The notes: a model not told the origin generated them from the letters alone. Shown: positions 1 to 10,737, numbered from the stretch's first letter. The stretch is DNA of 53,965 bases from an uncultured Coriobacteriaceae bacterium (GCA_964510125.1 CAZEAF010000003.1:2039-56003); one strand, 5' to 3'. Program-made: numbers and translations.

Positions 1-509
1 GCGGGCTCCTCAGCGGCAGGCTCGGCCTCAGCAGCCGGAGCCTCCTCAGCGGGGGTCTCTTCGGCCTTAACCTCGGGCTCGGCGGGCTTGGCCTCGGGCT
101 TGACCTCGGTCACCTCGGCCTTGCCGGCCTTCTTCTTGGGGGCGACGGGCTCGGTCACAAGCTCGATGATGACCATAGGGGCGTTGTCGCCGCGACGGGG
201 GCCGAGCTTGTAGATGCGGGTGAAGCCGCAGGTACGGTCAGCCCACATGCCCTGCTGGACCTTCTCGAAGACCTCGCGGACAATCTCCTTGTCGTTGAGC
301 TTCGCGATGGCGAGGCGGCGGGAGTGTAGGTCGCCGCGCTTGGCCCAGGTGATGATGCGGTCAACGTCGCCGCGGATGGCCTTGGCACGCGTCTCGGTCG
401 TCTTGATGCGGTCGTTCAGGAACAGCTCGCAGACGAGGCTGCGCTTAATCTGACGGGTGTGGGCTGCGTCGGACCCCAGCTTCATCCCGCGCTTCTTCTG
501 GTGTCTCAT
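1..509 (-). CDS. rplQ: 50S ribosomal protein L17, 3'-truncated by window edge, with Ala/Glu/Pro-rich C-terminal extension
   Basis: Manual translation from ATG at 509: MRHQKKRGMKLGSDAAHTRQIKRSL...RIKTTETRAK...GFTRIYKLGPRRGDNAPMVIIEL; follows rpoA. Confidence 0.96.
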   Translation of the reverse strand, partial: MRHQKKRGMKLGSDAAHTRQIKRSLVCELFLNDRIKTTETRAKAIRGDVDRIITWAKRGDLHSRRLAIAKLNDKEIVREVFEKVQQGMWADRTCGFTRIYKLGPRRGDNAPMVIIELVTEPVAPKKKAGKAEVTEVKPEAKPAEPEVKAEETPAEEAPAAEAEPAAEEP

Positions 510-524
510 CGGTACTCTCCTGTG

Positions 525-1469
525 TTAAGACTGCTTCAGGCTCATGCCCATCGAGGCAAGCTTGTCCTTGACCTCTTCGATGGACTTGACACCGAAGTTA
601 CGGATGTTGAGCAGGTCCTCCTCGCTGAAGTCGAGCAGCTGGCGAACCGAGTGGATGCCGGCGCGCTTCAGGCAGTTGAAGGAGCGGACGGACAGGTCGA
701 GATCGTCGATGCGCTTGTCGAGCTCGGCGTTGTCCTCCTCTTCCTCCTGCGCGAAAATCGAGGTGTCCTCGTTGGCGTCCGTCAGGGCGACGAGCGACTG
801 GAAGGCGTTCATATGCTGCGTGACGATGTTCGCCGCGCTCACGAGGGCCTCGGACGGGGTGATGGCGCCGTTGGTCTCAATCTCCATGACCAAGCTGTCG
901 TAGTCGGTGTGCTGGCCGACGCGGCAAGGCTGCACGAGCTTGGTGCAGCGACGCACCGGCGAGTACAGCGAATCGACATGGATGATGCCGATTGAGTCGT
1001 CGTTGCGCTCGTTCATCTCGCTTGGGACATAGCCGCGGCCGCGCCCGATGCGCATGGACATGGTCAGGTGGGCGCCGTCTTCGAGCGTCGCGATCACGGT
1101 GTCGGGGTTCACGAGGTCGAACTCGGCAGGAACGAAGAAGTCCTCGCCGGTCACAACCGCGGGCCCGTCGATGTCCACGGTCGCCGTGGCTTCCTCGCCC
1201 GCGCCGTTCGGACGGAAGACAAGGCCCTTGACGTTCAGGACGATGTCGGTGACGTCCTCACGCACGCCCTGGAGGGCTTGGAACTCGTGCTGAACGCCCT
1301 CGATGTGAATCGCCTGCACGGCAGCGCCGTCGAGCGAGGACAGGAGGACACGACGCAGCGAGTTGCCGAGCGTGTCGCCAAAACCACGCTCGAGCGGCTC
1401 CACCGTGAAACGGGCAAACGAATCGCTGATGCTCTCGACGCTCACCTGGGGCCTGATGAACTCTGTCAT
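525..1469 (-). CDS. rpoA: RNA polymerase alpha subunit
   Basis: EPLERGFGDTLGNSLRRVLLSS; CTD IDDLDLSVRSFNCLKRAG; start MTEFIRP after GGAGG. Confidence 0.98.
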   Translation of the reverse strand: MTEFIRPQVSVESISDSFARFTVEPLERGFGDTLGNSLRRVLLSSLDGAAVQAIHIEGVQHEFQALQGVREDVTDIVLNVKGLVFRPNGAGEEATATVDIDGPAVVTGEDFFVPAEFDLVNPDTVIATLEDGAHLTMSMRIGRGRGYVPSEMNERNDDSIGIIHVDSLYSPVRRCTKLVQPCRVGQHTDYDSLVMEIETNGAITPSEALVSAANIVTQHMNAFQSLVALTDANEDTSIFAQEEEEDNAELDKRIDDLDLSVRSFNCLKRAGIHSVRQLLDFSEEDLLNIRNFGVKSIEEVKDKLASMGMSLKQS

Positions 1470-1500
1470 TAAGCTACCTCCAGACTCCTTGGACCGTCGA

Positions 1501-2100
1501 TTACTTCGAGTAAAGCTCGATGATGAGGTTGGCCTGAATGTCGGTGTCAATCTGGTCGACGGTCGGCAGGGCGAGGACCTTGCCCTGAAGCTTCTCGAGG
1601 TCGACCTCGAGCCATGCGGGCACCTGGCGGGACTCGGAGGCCACCAGGGCACTCTTAATCACCAGCATGTCCTTGGCCTTGGGGGCCACAGCCACAACGT
1701 CGCCGAGGCGGACGCGGTAGGACGGGATGTGGACCTTCTTGCCGTTGACGAGGATGTGGCCGTGGTCGACAGCCTGACGGGCCTCGCGGCGGGTATGGGC
1801 AAAGCCCAGGCGGAAGACGACGTTGTCGAGACGGGTCTCGAGGAACATCATCAGGTTGTCACCGGAGATGCCCGGCTCACGCACGGCCTTCTCGTAGTAG
1901 GTGTGGAACTGCTTCTCAAGCACGCCGTAGATGAACTTGGCCTTCTGCTTCTCACGGAGCTGCTGACCGTACTCGCTCTCCTGGCGGCGCTGACGGCGGT
2001 CGTTCTTGCCGCGGTTGGACGTCTTGGAGATGCCCATGACGACGGGGTCGATTCCAAGAGACCTGCACCGCTTGAGGACGGGGGTCCTATCGATTGCCAT
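1501..2100 (-). CDS. rpsD: 30S ribosomal protein S4
   Basis: SEYGQQLREKQK, LETRLDNVVFRLG, ARQAVDHGH, IIELYSK. Confidence 0.98.
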   Translation of the reverse strand: MAIDRTPVLKRCRSLGIDPVVMGISKTSNRGKNDRRQRRQESEYGQQLREKQKAKFIYGVLEKQFHTYYEKAVREPGISGDNLMMFLETRLDNVVFRLGFAHTRREARQAVDHGHILVNGKKVHIPSYRVRLGDVVAVAPKAKDMLVIKSALVASESRQVPAWLEVDLEKLQGKVLALPTVDQIDTDIQANLIIELYSK

Positions 2101-2118
2101 ATCGGTATCCTTCCTTGC

Positions 2119-2523
2119 TTACACGCGACGACGCTTGCGCGGACGGCAACCGTTGTGCGGCGTGGGGGTCTTGTCCTGGATGCTCGTCACCTCGAGGCCG
2201 GCGGCCTGGAGGGAGCGCAGCGCCGTCTCGCGGCCCGAGCCAGGGCCCTTGACGAAGACGGACACCTTGCGCATGCCGTGCTCCTGAGCCAGCTTGGCGC
2301 AGGCCTCGGCGGCCATCTGCGCGGCAAAGGGGGTCGACTTGCGCGAGCCGGAGAAGCCCACGGTACCAGCGGACTTCCAGGCGATGACGTTGCCCTGGAG
2401 GTCGGTGATGGAAACGATAGTGTTGTTGAACGAGCTCTTGATGTGAGCCTGGCCGACGGCGATGTTCTTGCGGTCGCCGCGCTTGATACGAGTGCGCGCG
2501 TTCTTCTTGTTTGCTGCAGGCAT
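2119..2523 (-). CDS. rpsK: 30S ribosomal protein S11
   Basis: [24 protein letters not shown]. Confidence 0.98.
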   Translation of the reverse strand: MPAANKKNARTRIKRGDRKNIAVGQAHIKSSFNNTIVSITDLQGNVIAWKSAGTVGFSGSRKSTPFAAQMAAEACAKLAQEHGMRKVSVFVKGPGSGRETALRSLQAAGLEVTSIQDKTPTPHNGCRPRKRRRV

Positions 2524-2529
2524 GGTAGT

Positions 2530-2901
2530 TTAGCCCCTCTTCTTCGCACCGATTTGGCGACGCGGACCCTTGCGGGTGCGGGCGTTGGTGTGGGTGCGCT
2601 GCCCACGGACCGGGAGGCCCTTACGATGGCGCAGGCCGCGATAGCAACCAATCTCCATCAGGCGCTTGATGTTCTGGCTCTGCTCGCGGCGGAGGTCACC
2701 CTCAACCATGTAGCGGCCGTCGATGAAGTCGCGAATCTTCGTGACCTCGTCCTCGGTGAGGTCCTTGACGCGGGTGTCGGGGTTGATGCCCGTCTCCGCG
2801 CAAATCTTCGTGGCGGTCGTGCGGCCGATGCCGTAGATGTACGTCAGGCCAATCTCGACGCGCTTCTCGCGCGGGAGGTCAACGCCAAAAATACGTGCCA
2901 C
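2530..2901 (-). CDS. rpsM: 30S ribosomal protein S13
   Basis: GTG start, ARIFGVDLP...[18 protein letters not shown]. Confidence 0.97.
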   Translation of the reverse strand: MARIFGVDLPREKRVEIGLTYIYGIGRTTATKICAETGINPDTRVKDLTEDEVTKIRDFIDGRYMVEGDLRREQSQNIKRLMEIGCYRGLRHRKGLPVRGQRTHTNARTRKGPRRQIGAKKRG

Positions 2902-2915
2902 CGTGTGCTCCTCTC

Positions 2916-3029
2916 TTAACCCTGACGCTGCTTGTGGCGCGGGTTCTCGCACACCACCAGCACCTTGCCGTGACGACGTACGATCTTGCACTTATCGCAC
3001 ATCTTTTTGACCGAAGGGCGTACCTTCAT
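2916..3029 (-). CDS. rpmJ: 50S ribosomal protein L36 (Zn-ribbon type)
   Basis: Manual translation [37 protein letters not shown]; below ORF-track cutoff. Confidence 0.97.
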   Translation of the reverse strand: MKVRPSVKKMCDKCKIVRRHGKVLVVCENPRHKQRQG

Positions 3030-3227
3030 TGTCTTTCCTTTCGGTTGCTCCTACACGTACTATGTCATCGCCCAGCCGCAGACGTGATTGCCATAAAGCG
3101 CTCTGTCCCCAACCTGCGTCGAGACAGCAGAAGCCGGATTCCCTGCGCAATAAAGATTGCCCGTCGGGAACCAGAAATGAGTGACCCATCCCCGCCACGC
3201 GCCGTGCGCGCGGCACCGCCTATCTGA

Positions 3228-3446
3228 TTACTTATAGCGATAGGTGATGCGACCGCGAGTCAGGTCGTACGGTGAAAGCTCGAGCACAACCTTGTCGCCA
3301 GGCAGGATGCGGATATAGTTCATCCGAATCTTGCCCGAGATGTGGGCGAGCACCGTATGGCCGTTCTCGAGCTCGACTTTAAACATGGCATTGGGCAACG
3401 GCTCAATGACCGTACCTTCGAGCTCGATGGCGTCCTCACGCTTCAA
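3228..3446 (-). CDS. infA: Translation initiation factor IF-1
   Basis: TTG start; [10 protein letters not shown]...[19 protein letters not shown]...[13 protein letters not shown]. Confidence 0.96.
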   Translation of the reverse strand: MKREDAIELEGTVIEPLPNAMFKVELENGHTVLAHISGKIRMNYIRILPGDKVVLELSPYDLTRGRITYRYK

Positions 3447-3494
3447 TTGGCATCGCTTTCTTTCGGCTACAAAACCGAGGATGTAGTCTACAAC

Positions 3495-3554
3495 AAAAAC
3501 CCGTCTCATGGGGAATCTCTCAACAGGCGTCATAGATTCTTCCCATGAGACGGG
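3495..3554 (-). terminator. Intrinsic terminator-like hairpin after map
   Basis: CCCGTCTCATGGG/CCCATGAGACGGG stem followed by TTTTT on minus strand. Confidence 0.7.
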
Positions 3555-3561
3555 AATTCCC

Positions 3562-4359
3562 TCAGTTCGCGGCGTTCCTGCCCCCATCGACGTCCATAGG
3601 GTCGAAGCCAGGCTCGGCCGTAGTGATGACCGGACCGTCTTTGGTAATCGCCACCGTGTTCTCAAAGTGGACGGCCAGGCTCCCGTCCCTGGTGACCACG
3701 GTCCATTTGTTGGGCAGGGTCCTCACGTGCCGGTCGCCCTGGGTAATCATGGGCTCGATGGCCAGGCACATGCCCACCTCGAGTCGAATGCCGTGGCCCT
3801 GGCGCCCGTAGTTGGGCACGTTGGGGTCCTCGTGCATGGAACGGCCGATGCCGTGGCCCACGTACTCCCTGATTACCCCGTAGCCGTTCTCCTCGGCGTG
3901 CCTCTGGATGGCGTAGCCGATGTCGCCCAGGTGGTTGCCCGGCTTGGCCTGCTCGATGCCCAATGCCAGGCAGTCTCGACCGCACTCAAGGAGGGCCTTG
4001 GTCTCGTCGGACACATGGCCCACGGCAAAGGTCCAGGCGTTGTCCCCCGCCCATCCGCCCACGTTGGCCCCCGTGTCGATGGAGAGGACGTCCCCCTCGC
4101 GCAGGATGACCTGCTTGAGGGGGAAGCCATGCACGACCTGCTCGTTCAGGGACGCGCAGATGGAGCCGGGAAAGCCCCCGTAGCCTTTGAAGCCAGGGGT
4201 CCCCCCGTGCTCGCAGATGTAGCGCTCCACGAACTCGTCAATCTGGAGCGTGGAGACGCCTGGCTTGCACATCTCGCCTGCCAGGCGCAGGACTTGCTTG
4301 GACAGGGCCCCGCAGACCTTGAGGCCCTCGATGTCCTGGGGGGTCTTGAGCTTAATCAC
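3562..4359 (-). CDS. map: Methionine aminopeptidase type I
   Basis: [33 protein letters not shown]; GTG start overlapping adk stop. Confidence 0.96.
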   Translation of the reverse strand: MIKLKTPQDIEGLKVCGALSKQVLRLAGEMCKPGVSTLQIDEFVERYICEHGGTPGFKGYGGFPGSICASLNEQVVHGFPLKQVILREGDVLSIDTGANVGGWAGDNAWTFAVGHVSDETKALLECGRDCLALGIEQAKPGNHLGDIGYAIQRHAEENGYGVIREYVGHGIGRSMHEDPNVPNYGRQGHGIRLEVGMCLAIEPMITQGDRHVRTLPNKWTVVTRDGSLAVHFENTVAITKDGPVITTAEPGFDPMDVDGGRNAAN

Positions 4360-4981
4360 GGGCAATCGCGGCTTTGACGTCGGCGTAGACCGCGTCGACC
4401 GGGCGGTTGCCGTCGATGTTGACCAGGGTGCCGGCGCCGGCATAGTAGTCGATGAGGGGGGCCGTGGACTTCTCATAGACGGCTAGGCGGTTGGCGACGG
4501 TCTCGGGCTTGTCGTCCTCGCGCTGGTACATCTCTCCCCCGCACACGGAGCAGGTCGCCTCGGAGGAGTCGCCAGTATGGCCGCAGACACGGCAAACGCG
4601 GCGGCCGGACAGGCGGTCGACGATGACCTGGGCGGGCACGTTGATGGCCAGCGCCGCGTCGATGGGGCGGCCCGACTCGGACAGGGCGGCGTCGAGGGCG
4701 GCAGCCTGGGCGGTGGTACGGGGGAACCCGTCAAGGATGAAGCCGCGCAGGGCGTCCGGCTGGGACAGGCGATCCTTCATGAGGTCGATGATGAGGTCGT
4801 CGGGGACCAGCTCGCCGGCCTCCATGTAGCCCTTCGCCTTCTTGCCCAAGGGCGTGCCCTGTGCCACGGCGGCGCGTAGGATGTCACCGGTGGAGATGTG
4901 CGGAATAGAGTACTCGCTTACGAGACGCTCTGCCTGCGTTCCCTTGCCGGCGCCTGGGGCGCCCAGTAGTACGATGTTCAC
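4352..4981 (-). CDS. adk: Adenylate kinase (Zn-binding lid)
   Basis: GAPGAGKGTQ, HISTGDILR, DGFPRT, CRVC...CSVC lid. Confidence 0.98.
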   Translation of the reverse strand: MNIVLLGAPGAGKGTQAERLVSEYSIPHISTGDILRAAVAQGTPLGKKAKGYMEAGELVPDDLIIDLMKDRLSQPDALRGFILDGFPRTTAQAAALDAALSESGRPIDAALAINVPAQVIVDRLSGRRVCRVCGHTGDSSEATCSVCGGEMYQREDDKPETVANRLAVYEKSTAPLIDYYAGAGTLVNIDGNRPVDAVYADVKAAIARD

Positions 4982-5042
4982 GAAGACCTCCTCAGACGGA
5001 AGTGGCGCCCACCGTCACCGGCAGGCGCCAGAAGACACACCC

Positions 5043-5048
5043 ATTATA
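5043..5048 (-). promoter_or_regulatory. Putative -10 box (TATAAT) of internal promoter upstream of adk
   Basis: Perfect TATAAT in the secY-adk spacer of a GC-rich genome; no clear -35. Confidence 0.45.
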
Positions 5049-5091
5049 CGGAGAGAGTCACAAGCGCGCACTACCGCACCGGTGAAATCTC

Positions 5092-6381
5092 CTACTTGAA
5101 GAACCCGTCATAGTCGTGCATCTTGAGCTGGCTCTCCACCTTGGTCATGGTGTCGAGGGCGACGCCGACCATGATGAGAATCGAGGTCCCGCCAAAGGCC
5201 TGAATCAGTGTGTTGCCCGTGAAGTAGAACAGAATCGACGGGACGACGGCGATGAAGGCAATGAAGATGGCGCCGGGCAGGGTGATGCGGTTGAGCACGT
5301 TCTTGATGTAGTGCGCCGTCGCCACGCCCGGACGGACACCCGGGATGAAGCCGCCCTGCCTCTTGAGGTTGTCAGCCGTGTCCTCCGGGTTGAACACCAT
5401 CGCCGTGTAGAAGTAGGCGAAGAAGATAATCAACGCCATGGACAGGAGCCAGTTGAGCCAGCCGGCCGAAACCGCGTTGGCAAAGACTTGGATCCAGTTG
5501 ACACCCGGGAAGAAGACCGCGAGCTGCGCCGGCACGTAGAGCAGAGACGACGCAAAGATAATCGGGATGACGCCCGCGGTGTTGACCTTGATGGGGAGGT
5601 AGGTGCTCTGACCGCCCATCATCCTACGACCGCTCACGCGCTTGGCGTAGGTCACCGGGATGCGGCGCTGACCACGCTCGATGTAGACGATTGGCGGGAT
5701 GACCGCGAGGATGATGAGGATAATCAGGACCGTGTACAGGATGCCCGTCGAGCTCGTCTCGATGGACTGGAAGATGGCGCCCGGCAGACGCGAGATGATG
5801 TTCGCGAAGATGATGAGCGACATGCCGTTGCCCACGCCACGCTGGGTGATGAGCTCGCCCATCCACATGATGAGCATGGAGCCGACGACAAAGCCGAAGA
5901 CGATGATGACGTCCATCAGCAGGTCGGGGACCCCGGAGCCCTCGAACGTGATGCCGTACTCCGGGCTCTTGAAGAGCAGGAGGTAGCCAATCGCGTTAAT
6001 CAGGGACAGGCCAATGGTCAGATACCGCGTGTACTGCGTAATCTTGCGCTGGCCCATCTCGCCCTCTTTGGAGAGCTCGCGCAGGGACGGCACCACCGCC
6101 TGCATCATCTGGAGGATGATGGAGGCGGTGATGTAGGGCATGATGCCCAGGGAGAACAGCGAGACATAGCTCAACGCGCCGCCCGAGAACAGGTTGAGCA
6201 GGGCCATGGTGTTGGCCATGGCGCCTGTACCGTCCTGGAAGGACTCGACCAGGTTGCCGAAGGGAATGCCTGGCAGCGGGATATAGGACCCGATACGGTA
6301 GAGGATGATAATCCCCAGCGTAAAGAGAATCTTCTTGCGAAGCTCAGGCTCCCGGAACGCGTTGAGGATGGCGTTTAGCAC
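5092..6381 (-). CDS. secY: Preprotein translocase subunit SecY
   Basis: [39 protein letters not shown]; multiple TM segments. Confidence 0.98.
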   Translation of the reverse strand: MLNAILNAFREPELRKKILFTLGIIILYRIGSYIPLPGIPFGNLVESFQDGTGAMANTMALLNLFSGGALSYVSLFSLGIMPYITASIILQMMQAVVPSLRELSKEGEMGQRKITQYTRYLTIGLSLINAIGYLLLFKSPEYGITFEGSGVPDLLMDVIIVFGFVVGSMLIMWMGELITQRGVGNGMSLIIFANIISRLPGAIFQSIETSSTGILYTVLIILIILAVIPPIVYIERGQRRIPVTYAKRVSGRRMMGGQSTYLPIKVNTAGVIPIIFASSLLYVPAQLAVFFPGVNWIQVFANAVSAGWLNWLLSMALIIFFAYFYTAMVFNPEDTADNLKRQGGFIPGVRPGVATAHYIKNVLNRITLPGAIFIAFIAVVPSILFYFTGNTLIQAFGGTSILIMVGVALDTMTKVESQLKMHDYDGFFK

Positions 6382-6824
6382 GGCTGCTCTACCGTCCCAC
6401 CCGCCGCCTCAATCTTGGCCTTGGCGGAAGCGGACACCTTGTCGACGCGGACGGTGAGCTTCTTGGTCAGGTCGCCGTCACCGAGCACCTTGACCAGGGT
6501 CGAGGGCTTCTTGATGACGTTCTTGGCCAGGAGGGCCTCGTCGGTCACCACGTCGCCGTCCTCGAATATGTCATTGAGGCGCCCGACGTTGACCGGGGCG
6601 TACTCGACGCGGTTGATGTTGCGGAAGCCGGGGAGCTTGGGCAGGCGCATGGCCAGCTTCATCTGGCCGCCTTCGAAGCCCGGGCCCTTGCCGCCGCCAG
6701 AGCGGGACTTCTGACCCTTCTGGCCGCGGCCAGCGGTCGTGCCGCCCTTGCCCGAGTTGCCGCGACCGACGCGCTTGCGATTGGAGCGCGAGCCGGGTGC
6801 GGGATACAGGTCATTAAGCTGCAT
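6375..6824 (-). CDS. rplO: 50S ribosomal protein L15
   Basis: [28 protein letters not shown]. Confidence 0.98.
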   Translation of the reverse strand: MQLNDLYPAPGSRSNRKRVGRGNSGKGGTTAGRGQKGQKSRSGGGKGPGFEGGQMKLAMRLPKLPGFRNINRVEYAPVNVGRLNDIFEDGDVVTDEALLAKNVIKKPSTLVKVLGDGDLTKKLTVRVDKVSASAKAKIEAAGGTVEQPC

Positions 6825-6834
6825 GGGAAAACTC

Positions 6835-7026
6835 CTAGATCTCTTCGACCTGGACGAGGTGCTGAACCTTGAGGATCATCCCGCGGATGCTGGGGTTGTC
6901 CGCCTGCTCAACGACTTCGCCGATGTGATGCAGGCCAAGGCAGCGTAGGGTCTCGGCTTGGTCCTTCTTGTAGCCGATCGAGCTCTTGACCTGCTTGATG
7001 CGCAGGGTCTTGGTCGATTCTGCCAT
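6835..7026 (-). CDS. rpmD: 50S ribosomal protein L30
   Basis: KSSIG...TLRCLGL...[12 protein letters not shown]; spc operon position. Confidence 0.96.
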   Translation of the reverse strand: MAESTKTLRIKQVKSSIGYKKDQAETLRCLGLHHIGEVVEQADNPSIRGMILKVQHLVQVEEI

Positions 7027-7028
7027 GG

Positions 7029-7553
7029 TTACTCGTCCTCCTTACCGATGAACATCTGGCCGACGGTCAGACCACGGCGGGCGGCAGCCTGCTCCGGGCT
7101 CTCCAGACGCTGGAAGCCCTCGGCGGCGGCCTTGATGATGTTCATGGCGTTGCTGGTGCCCAGCGACTTCGAGATGATGTTCTCGATACCCGCGAGCTCG
7201 CAGAGGGCGCGAACAGGGCCACCGGCCAGGACGCCCGTGCCGGGGACGGCGGGGCGCAGGACGACGCGACCAGCGCCGTAGTGGCCCTCGACCTCGTGCG
7301 GAATCGTCTTTCCGTCGGTCACCGGGATGTGGAACATGTTCTTCTTTGCGTCCTCGGAGGCCTTGCGGATGGCCTGGGGGACCTCGGCCGACTTACCCAT
7401 GCCGATGCCCACGTTGCCCTTACCGTCGCCGACGACGACCAGGGCGGACAGGGACATGCGACGGCCGCCCTTGACGGTCTTGGAGACGCGGTTAATGAAA
7501 ACCACGCGCTCCTGCATCTCGTTTTCGGCGTCCTGCTGATGGTTGCGAGGCAT
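7029..7553 (-). CDS. rpsE: 30S ribosomal protein S5
   Basis: RVSKTVKGGRR, PGTGVLAGG; ATG at 7553 after GGAGG. Confidence 0.97.
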   Translation of the reverse strand: MPRNHQQDAENEMQERVVFINRVSKTVKGGRRMSLSALVVVGDGKGNVGIGMGKSAEVPQAIRKASEDAKKNMFHIPVTDGKTIPHEVEGHYGAGRVVLRPAVPGTGVLAGGPVRALCELAGIENIISKSLGTSNAMNIIKAAAEGFQRLESPEQAAARRGLTVGQMFIGKEDE

Positions 7554-7567
7554 ACTCTTCAAACCTC

Positions 7568-7936
7568 CTAGAATTCCAGGCCCGCGCTGCGGGCCCCGTC
7601 GGCCAGAGCTGCCACGCGGCCATGGTACAGGTGGCCGCCGCGGTCAAACGCGACCTTGGTGTAGCCAGCGGCAATGGCACGCTTGCCGATGAGCTCGCCC
7701 ACCAGCTGCGCGCCCTCCTTGTTGGAGCCACGCTTGCCAGAGGCGCGGAACTCGGGGTCCAGCGTCGAGGCCGAGGCCAGGGTCGTGCCGTTCACATCAT
7801 TGATGAGCTGGGCATAGATGTGGGCGTTGCTGCGGTGGACGGCCAGACGCGGACGCTCGGGGGTGCCGCTCACACGGCCACGGACGCGACGGTGGCGACG
7901 AGCTAGACGCTCCTGCTTCGCCTTATATTTGTTCAT
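7568..7936 (-). CDS. rplR: 50S ribosomal protein L18
   Basis: [22 protein letters not shown]. Confidence 0.97.
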   Translation of the reverse strand: MNKYKAKQERLARRHRRVRGRVSGTPERPRLAVHRSNAHIYAQLINDVNGTTLASASTLDPEFRASGKRGSNKEGAQLVGELIGKRAIAAGYTKVAFDRGGHLYHGRVAALADGARSAGLEF

Positions 7937-7998
7937 ACTTGCTCTCCTCGCTATCTGCCCCACCTTACAGGGTGGGGCGAGGCTACCGCCCGGTTACG

Positions 7999-8535
7999 CT
8001 ACTTAGCGGCCTTGCCGAGCTTACGACGGACGTGCTCGCCCTCGTAGCGGATGCCCTTGCCCTTGTAAGGCTCAGGCGGGCGCTTGAGGCGGATGTCTGC
8101 GGCAACCTGGCCGACGCGCTGGTTGTCGATGCCCTTGACGATGATGTGGGTGTTGTCGGGGCACTCGAAGGACATGTTCTCCTCCGGGCTCACGATAACG
8201 GGGTGGGAGTAACCGAGCGAGAGCTCGAGGTCCTTGCCCTTGAGGGCGGCACGGTAGCCGACGCCCTGAAGCTCCAGGCGCTTCTCAAAGCCCGTGGACA
8301 CGCCAACGACCATGTTGTTGACCAGGGTGCGGGTCAGGCCATGGAGCGAACGGGCGGTGCGGGAGTCGTCCGGACGGGTGACGAGGATTTCGTCGCCCTC
8401 GCGCTTGATGGAAATGATGTCGCTGAAGGTGCGAGTGAGCTCACCCTTGGGGCCCTTGGCGGTAACGGTGCTGCCGTCAATGATGACTTCGACGTTAGCA
8501 GGGACCGGGATGGGCTGCTTACCGATGCGAGACAC
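7999..8535 (-). CDS. rplF: 50S ribosomal protein L6
   Basis: SRIGKQPI, GVGYRA, PEPYKGKGIRY. Confidence 0.98.
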   Translation of the reverse strand: MSRIGKQPIPVPANVEVIIDGSTVTAKGPKGELTRTFSDIISIKREGDEILVTRPDDSRTARSLHGLTRTLVNNMVVGVSTGFEKRLELQGVGYRAALKGKDLELSLGYSHPVIVSPEENMSFECPDNTHIIVKGIDNQRVGQVAADIRLKRPPEPYKGKGIRYEGEHVRRKLGKAAK

Positions 8536-8558
8536 GGTTGTGCTCCTTTCTCAGTCCG

Positions 8559-8957
8559 TTACCAGACGTAGGCGATGACCTCGCCGCCGACGCCGAGCTT
8601 GCGCGCGTCGCGGTCGGTCATGACACCCTTTGACGTGGAGATGATGGAGATGCCCATGCCGCCCAAGACGCGGGGCAGCTTGTCCTTGCCGGCGTAGATG
8701 CGCAGGCCGGGCTTGGAAATGCGGCGGATGCCACGGATGACCTTGGCACGGTGCTCGCCGTACTTGAGGGTGATTACGAGGTCGTCATGAGGCTCGCCGG
8801 GCTCGACGACGTAGTCGGTGATGTAGCCCTCTTCCTTCATGACACGAGCGATCTCGACGAGCTTCTTGCTGGAAGGCATCGAGACCGTGGCCTTGTTCGC
8901 AGAGTTCGCGTTGCGAATTCGCGTAAGCATATCTGCGATCGGGTCGCTCAGATTCAT
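8559..8957 (-). CDS. rpsH: 30S ribosomal protein S8
   Basis: [30 protein letters not shown]. Confidence 0.98.
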   Translation of the reverse strand: MNLSDPIADMLTRIRNANSANKATVSMPSSKKLVEIARVMKEEGYITDYVVEPGEPHDDLVITLKYGEHRAKVIRGIRRISKPGLRIYAGKDKLPRVLGGMGISIISTSKGVMTDRDARKLGVGGEVIAYVW

Positions 8958-9050
8958 TGGTTTCCTCCTATGGTTCTGGATGAGACTGCCCGTCGGTACG
9001 TCCCAACCCTTAGCAGGGACGCCGGCACGAACAGGCTCCCGACGTGCGGC

Positions 9051-9236
9051 CTACCAGCTGGCCTTGCGGACGCCGGGAAGTTCGCCCTTGCTCGCAAGCT
9101 CGCGGAAGCACACGCGGCACAGGCCGAACTGACGGTAGTAGGCGCGCGGGCGCCCACAGCGCATGCAGCGGTTGTGTTGACGTGTCGAGAACTTCGGCTC
9201 GCGGTTTGCGGCGGCGATCATCGACTTCTTAGCCAC
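9051..9236 (-). CDS. rpsN: 30S ribosomal protein S14, short Zn-binding (type Z) form
   Basis: GTG start; 61 aa; RCMRCGR...LCRVCFR...PGVRKASW. Confidence 0.96.
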   Translation of the reverse strand: MAKKSMIAAANREPKFSTRQHNRCMRCGRPRAYYRQFGLCRVCFRELASKGELPGVRKASW

Positions 9237-9314
9237 TCTTCCTCCTTTGCCAGTGCTCGTAACTTTACGTGGGCCCACCGGCAAGCGGGCTCACGGTGGA
9301 ACCGAAAGAGACTT

Positions 9315-9863
9315 CTACTTCTTGAAGGGGAAGCCCAGGTTGGTAAGGAGCGCCTGGCCCTCTTCGTCGGTTTTGGCGGTGGTGACGATGGTGATGTCCA
9401 TGCCGCGCGTGCGGTCAATCTTGTCGTAGTCAATCTCGGGGAAGATCAGCTGCTCGGTGACACCCATGGAGTAGTTGCCCGTGCCGTCGAAAGACTTGGT
9501 GGACAGGCCGCGGAAGTCACGGATGCGAGGGATGTCGATGGAGATGAGACGATCGAGAAACTCCCACATGCGGTCGCCGCGCAGGGTGACCTTGGCGCCG
9601 ATGGGCTGGCCCTCACGCAGGTGGAAAGAGGCGATGGACTTCTTGGCACGGGCAATCATGGGCTGCTGGCCGGTGATGGCGCGCAGGTCGGCCACGGCGC
9701 CGTCAATGGCCTTGGAGTCGGTCGTAGCCTCGCCGACGCCCATGTTGACGACAATCTTGACGAGGCCGGGGATCATCATGACGTTCGGGTAGTTGAACTG
9801 CTTCTGCAGCTCGCCGCGAACCTCATTGAGGTACTGCGCCTTGAGACGGGGCATCTCTGCCAT
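9315..9863 (-). CDS. rplE: 50S ribosomal protein L5
   Basis: [25 protein letters not shown]. Confidence 0.98.
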   Translation of the reverse strand: MAEMPRLKAQYLNEVRGELQKQFNYPNVMMIPGLVKIVVNMGVGEATTDSKAIDGAVADLRAITGQQPMIARAKKSIASFHLREGQPIGAKVTLRGDRMWEFLDRLISIDIPRIRDFRGLSTKSFDGTGNYSMGVTEQLIFPEIDYDKIDRTRGMDITIVTTAKTDEEGQALLTNLGFPFKK

Positions 9864-9955
9864 GGTGCTTCTCCTTACTGGGGTTTGACGTGACGGGTTT
9901 CCGACCCGGCACCTCCTGGGCCACTCCCAGGAGCCGTGTGCACAAACTCAGTCAT

Positions 9956-9999
9956 AATAAAACAGGCTCGTCAAGCCATGTAGGCTTGACGAGCCTGTT
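9956..9999 (-). terminator. Perfect 17-bp hairpin between rplX and rplE, terminator-like
   Basis: AACAGGCTCGTCAAGCC-ATGTA-GGCTTGACGAGCCTGTT; T-rich run follows on minus strand. Confidence 0.6.
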
Positions 10000-10036
10000 C
10001 ACGCAGGTTCTATAATCGCACGCCCAAGCGCGCAGA

Positions 10037-10354
10037 TTAGAACTGAGCGCCACACTTCTTGCAGACGCGGACCTTCTTGCCGTTCTCGTCGAAGGCATGG
10101 CCGACGCGCGTGCCTTTGCCGCACTTGGGGCAGACAAGCTGGCAGCGGGAGGCGTAAATCTTGGCCTCCTTGGTGATGATGCCGCCACGCGGGTTGTCCT
10201 GCGTGGGACGAACGGACTTCTTGACAAGGGCGACGCCCTTCACGATGACGCGACCCTCGCTCGGGAAGGCCTTGATGACCTCGCCGGTAGCGCCCTTGTC
10301 CTTACCGCTGAGGATACGGACTGTATCCCCCCTACGGACATGCAGCTTTGCCAT
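10037..10354 (-). CDS. rplX: 50S ribosomal protein L24
   Basis: GDTVRILSGKDKG KOW motif; GGIITKEA. Confidence 0.97.
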   Translation of the reverse strand: MAKLHVRRGDTVRILSGKDKGATGEVIKAFPSEGRVIVKGVALVKKSVRPTQDNPRGGIITKEAKIYASRCQLVCPKCGKGTRVGHAFDENGKKVRVCKKCGAQF

Positions 10355-10368
10355 AGTTTTATGTCTCC

Positions 10369-10737
10369 TTACAGCGTCTCGGGAGCGAGCGACGCAATCT
10401 TGAGGTACTTGCGGTCGCGGAGCTCACGCGCCACGGGACCGAAGACACGGGTGCCCTTGGGCGACCCGTCGCTGTTGATGAGCACCGCGGCGTTGTCGTC
10501 GAAGCGGATATAGCTGCCGTCGCGACGGCCAATCTCCTTCTTGGTGCGCACGACGACGCAGCGGCAGACGGAGCCGCGCTTGACGCCGCCGTTGGGAAGC
10601 GCCTCCTCGACGGCGCAGATGATGACGTCGCCCACGCCGGCGTAACGGCGACGGGAGCCGCCGAGCACCTTGATGCACTTGACCTTGCGCGCGCCGGAGT
10701 TGTCGGCGACGTTGAGCATAGTTTCAGCCTGGATCAT
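10369..10737 (-). CDS. rplN: 50S ribosomal protein L14
   Basis: [31 protein letters not shown]. Confidence 0.98.
   Translation of the reverse strand: MIQAETMLNVADNSGARKVKCIKVLGGSRRRYAGVGDVIICAVEEALPNGGVKRGSVCRCVVVRTKKEIGRRDGSYIRFDDNAAVLINSDGSPKGTRVFGPVARELRDRKYLKIASLAPETL

Noticed and set aside
1-150. Repetitive Glu/Ala/Pro-coding sequence at the rplQ 3' end
   Set aside because: Low-complexity L17 tails are common in actinobacteria.
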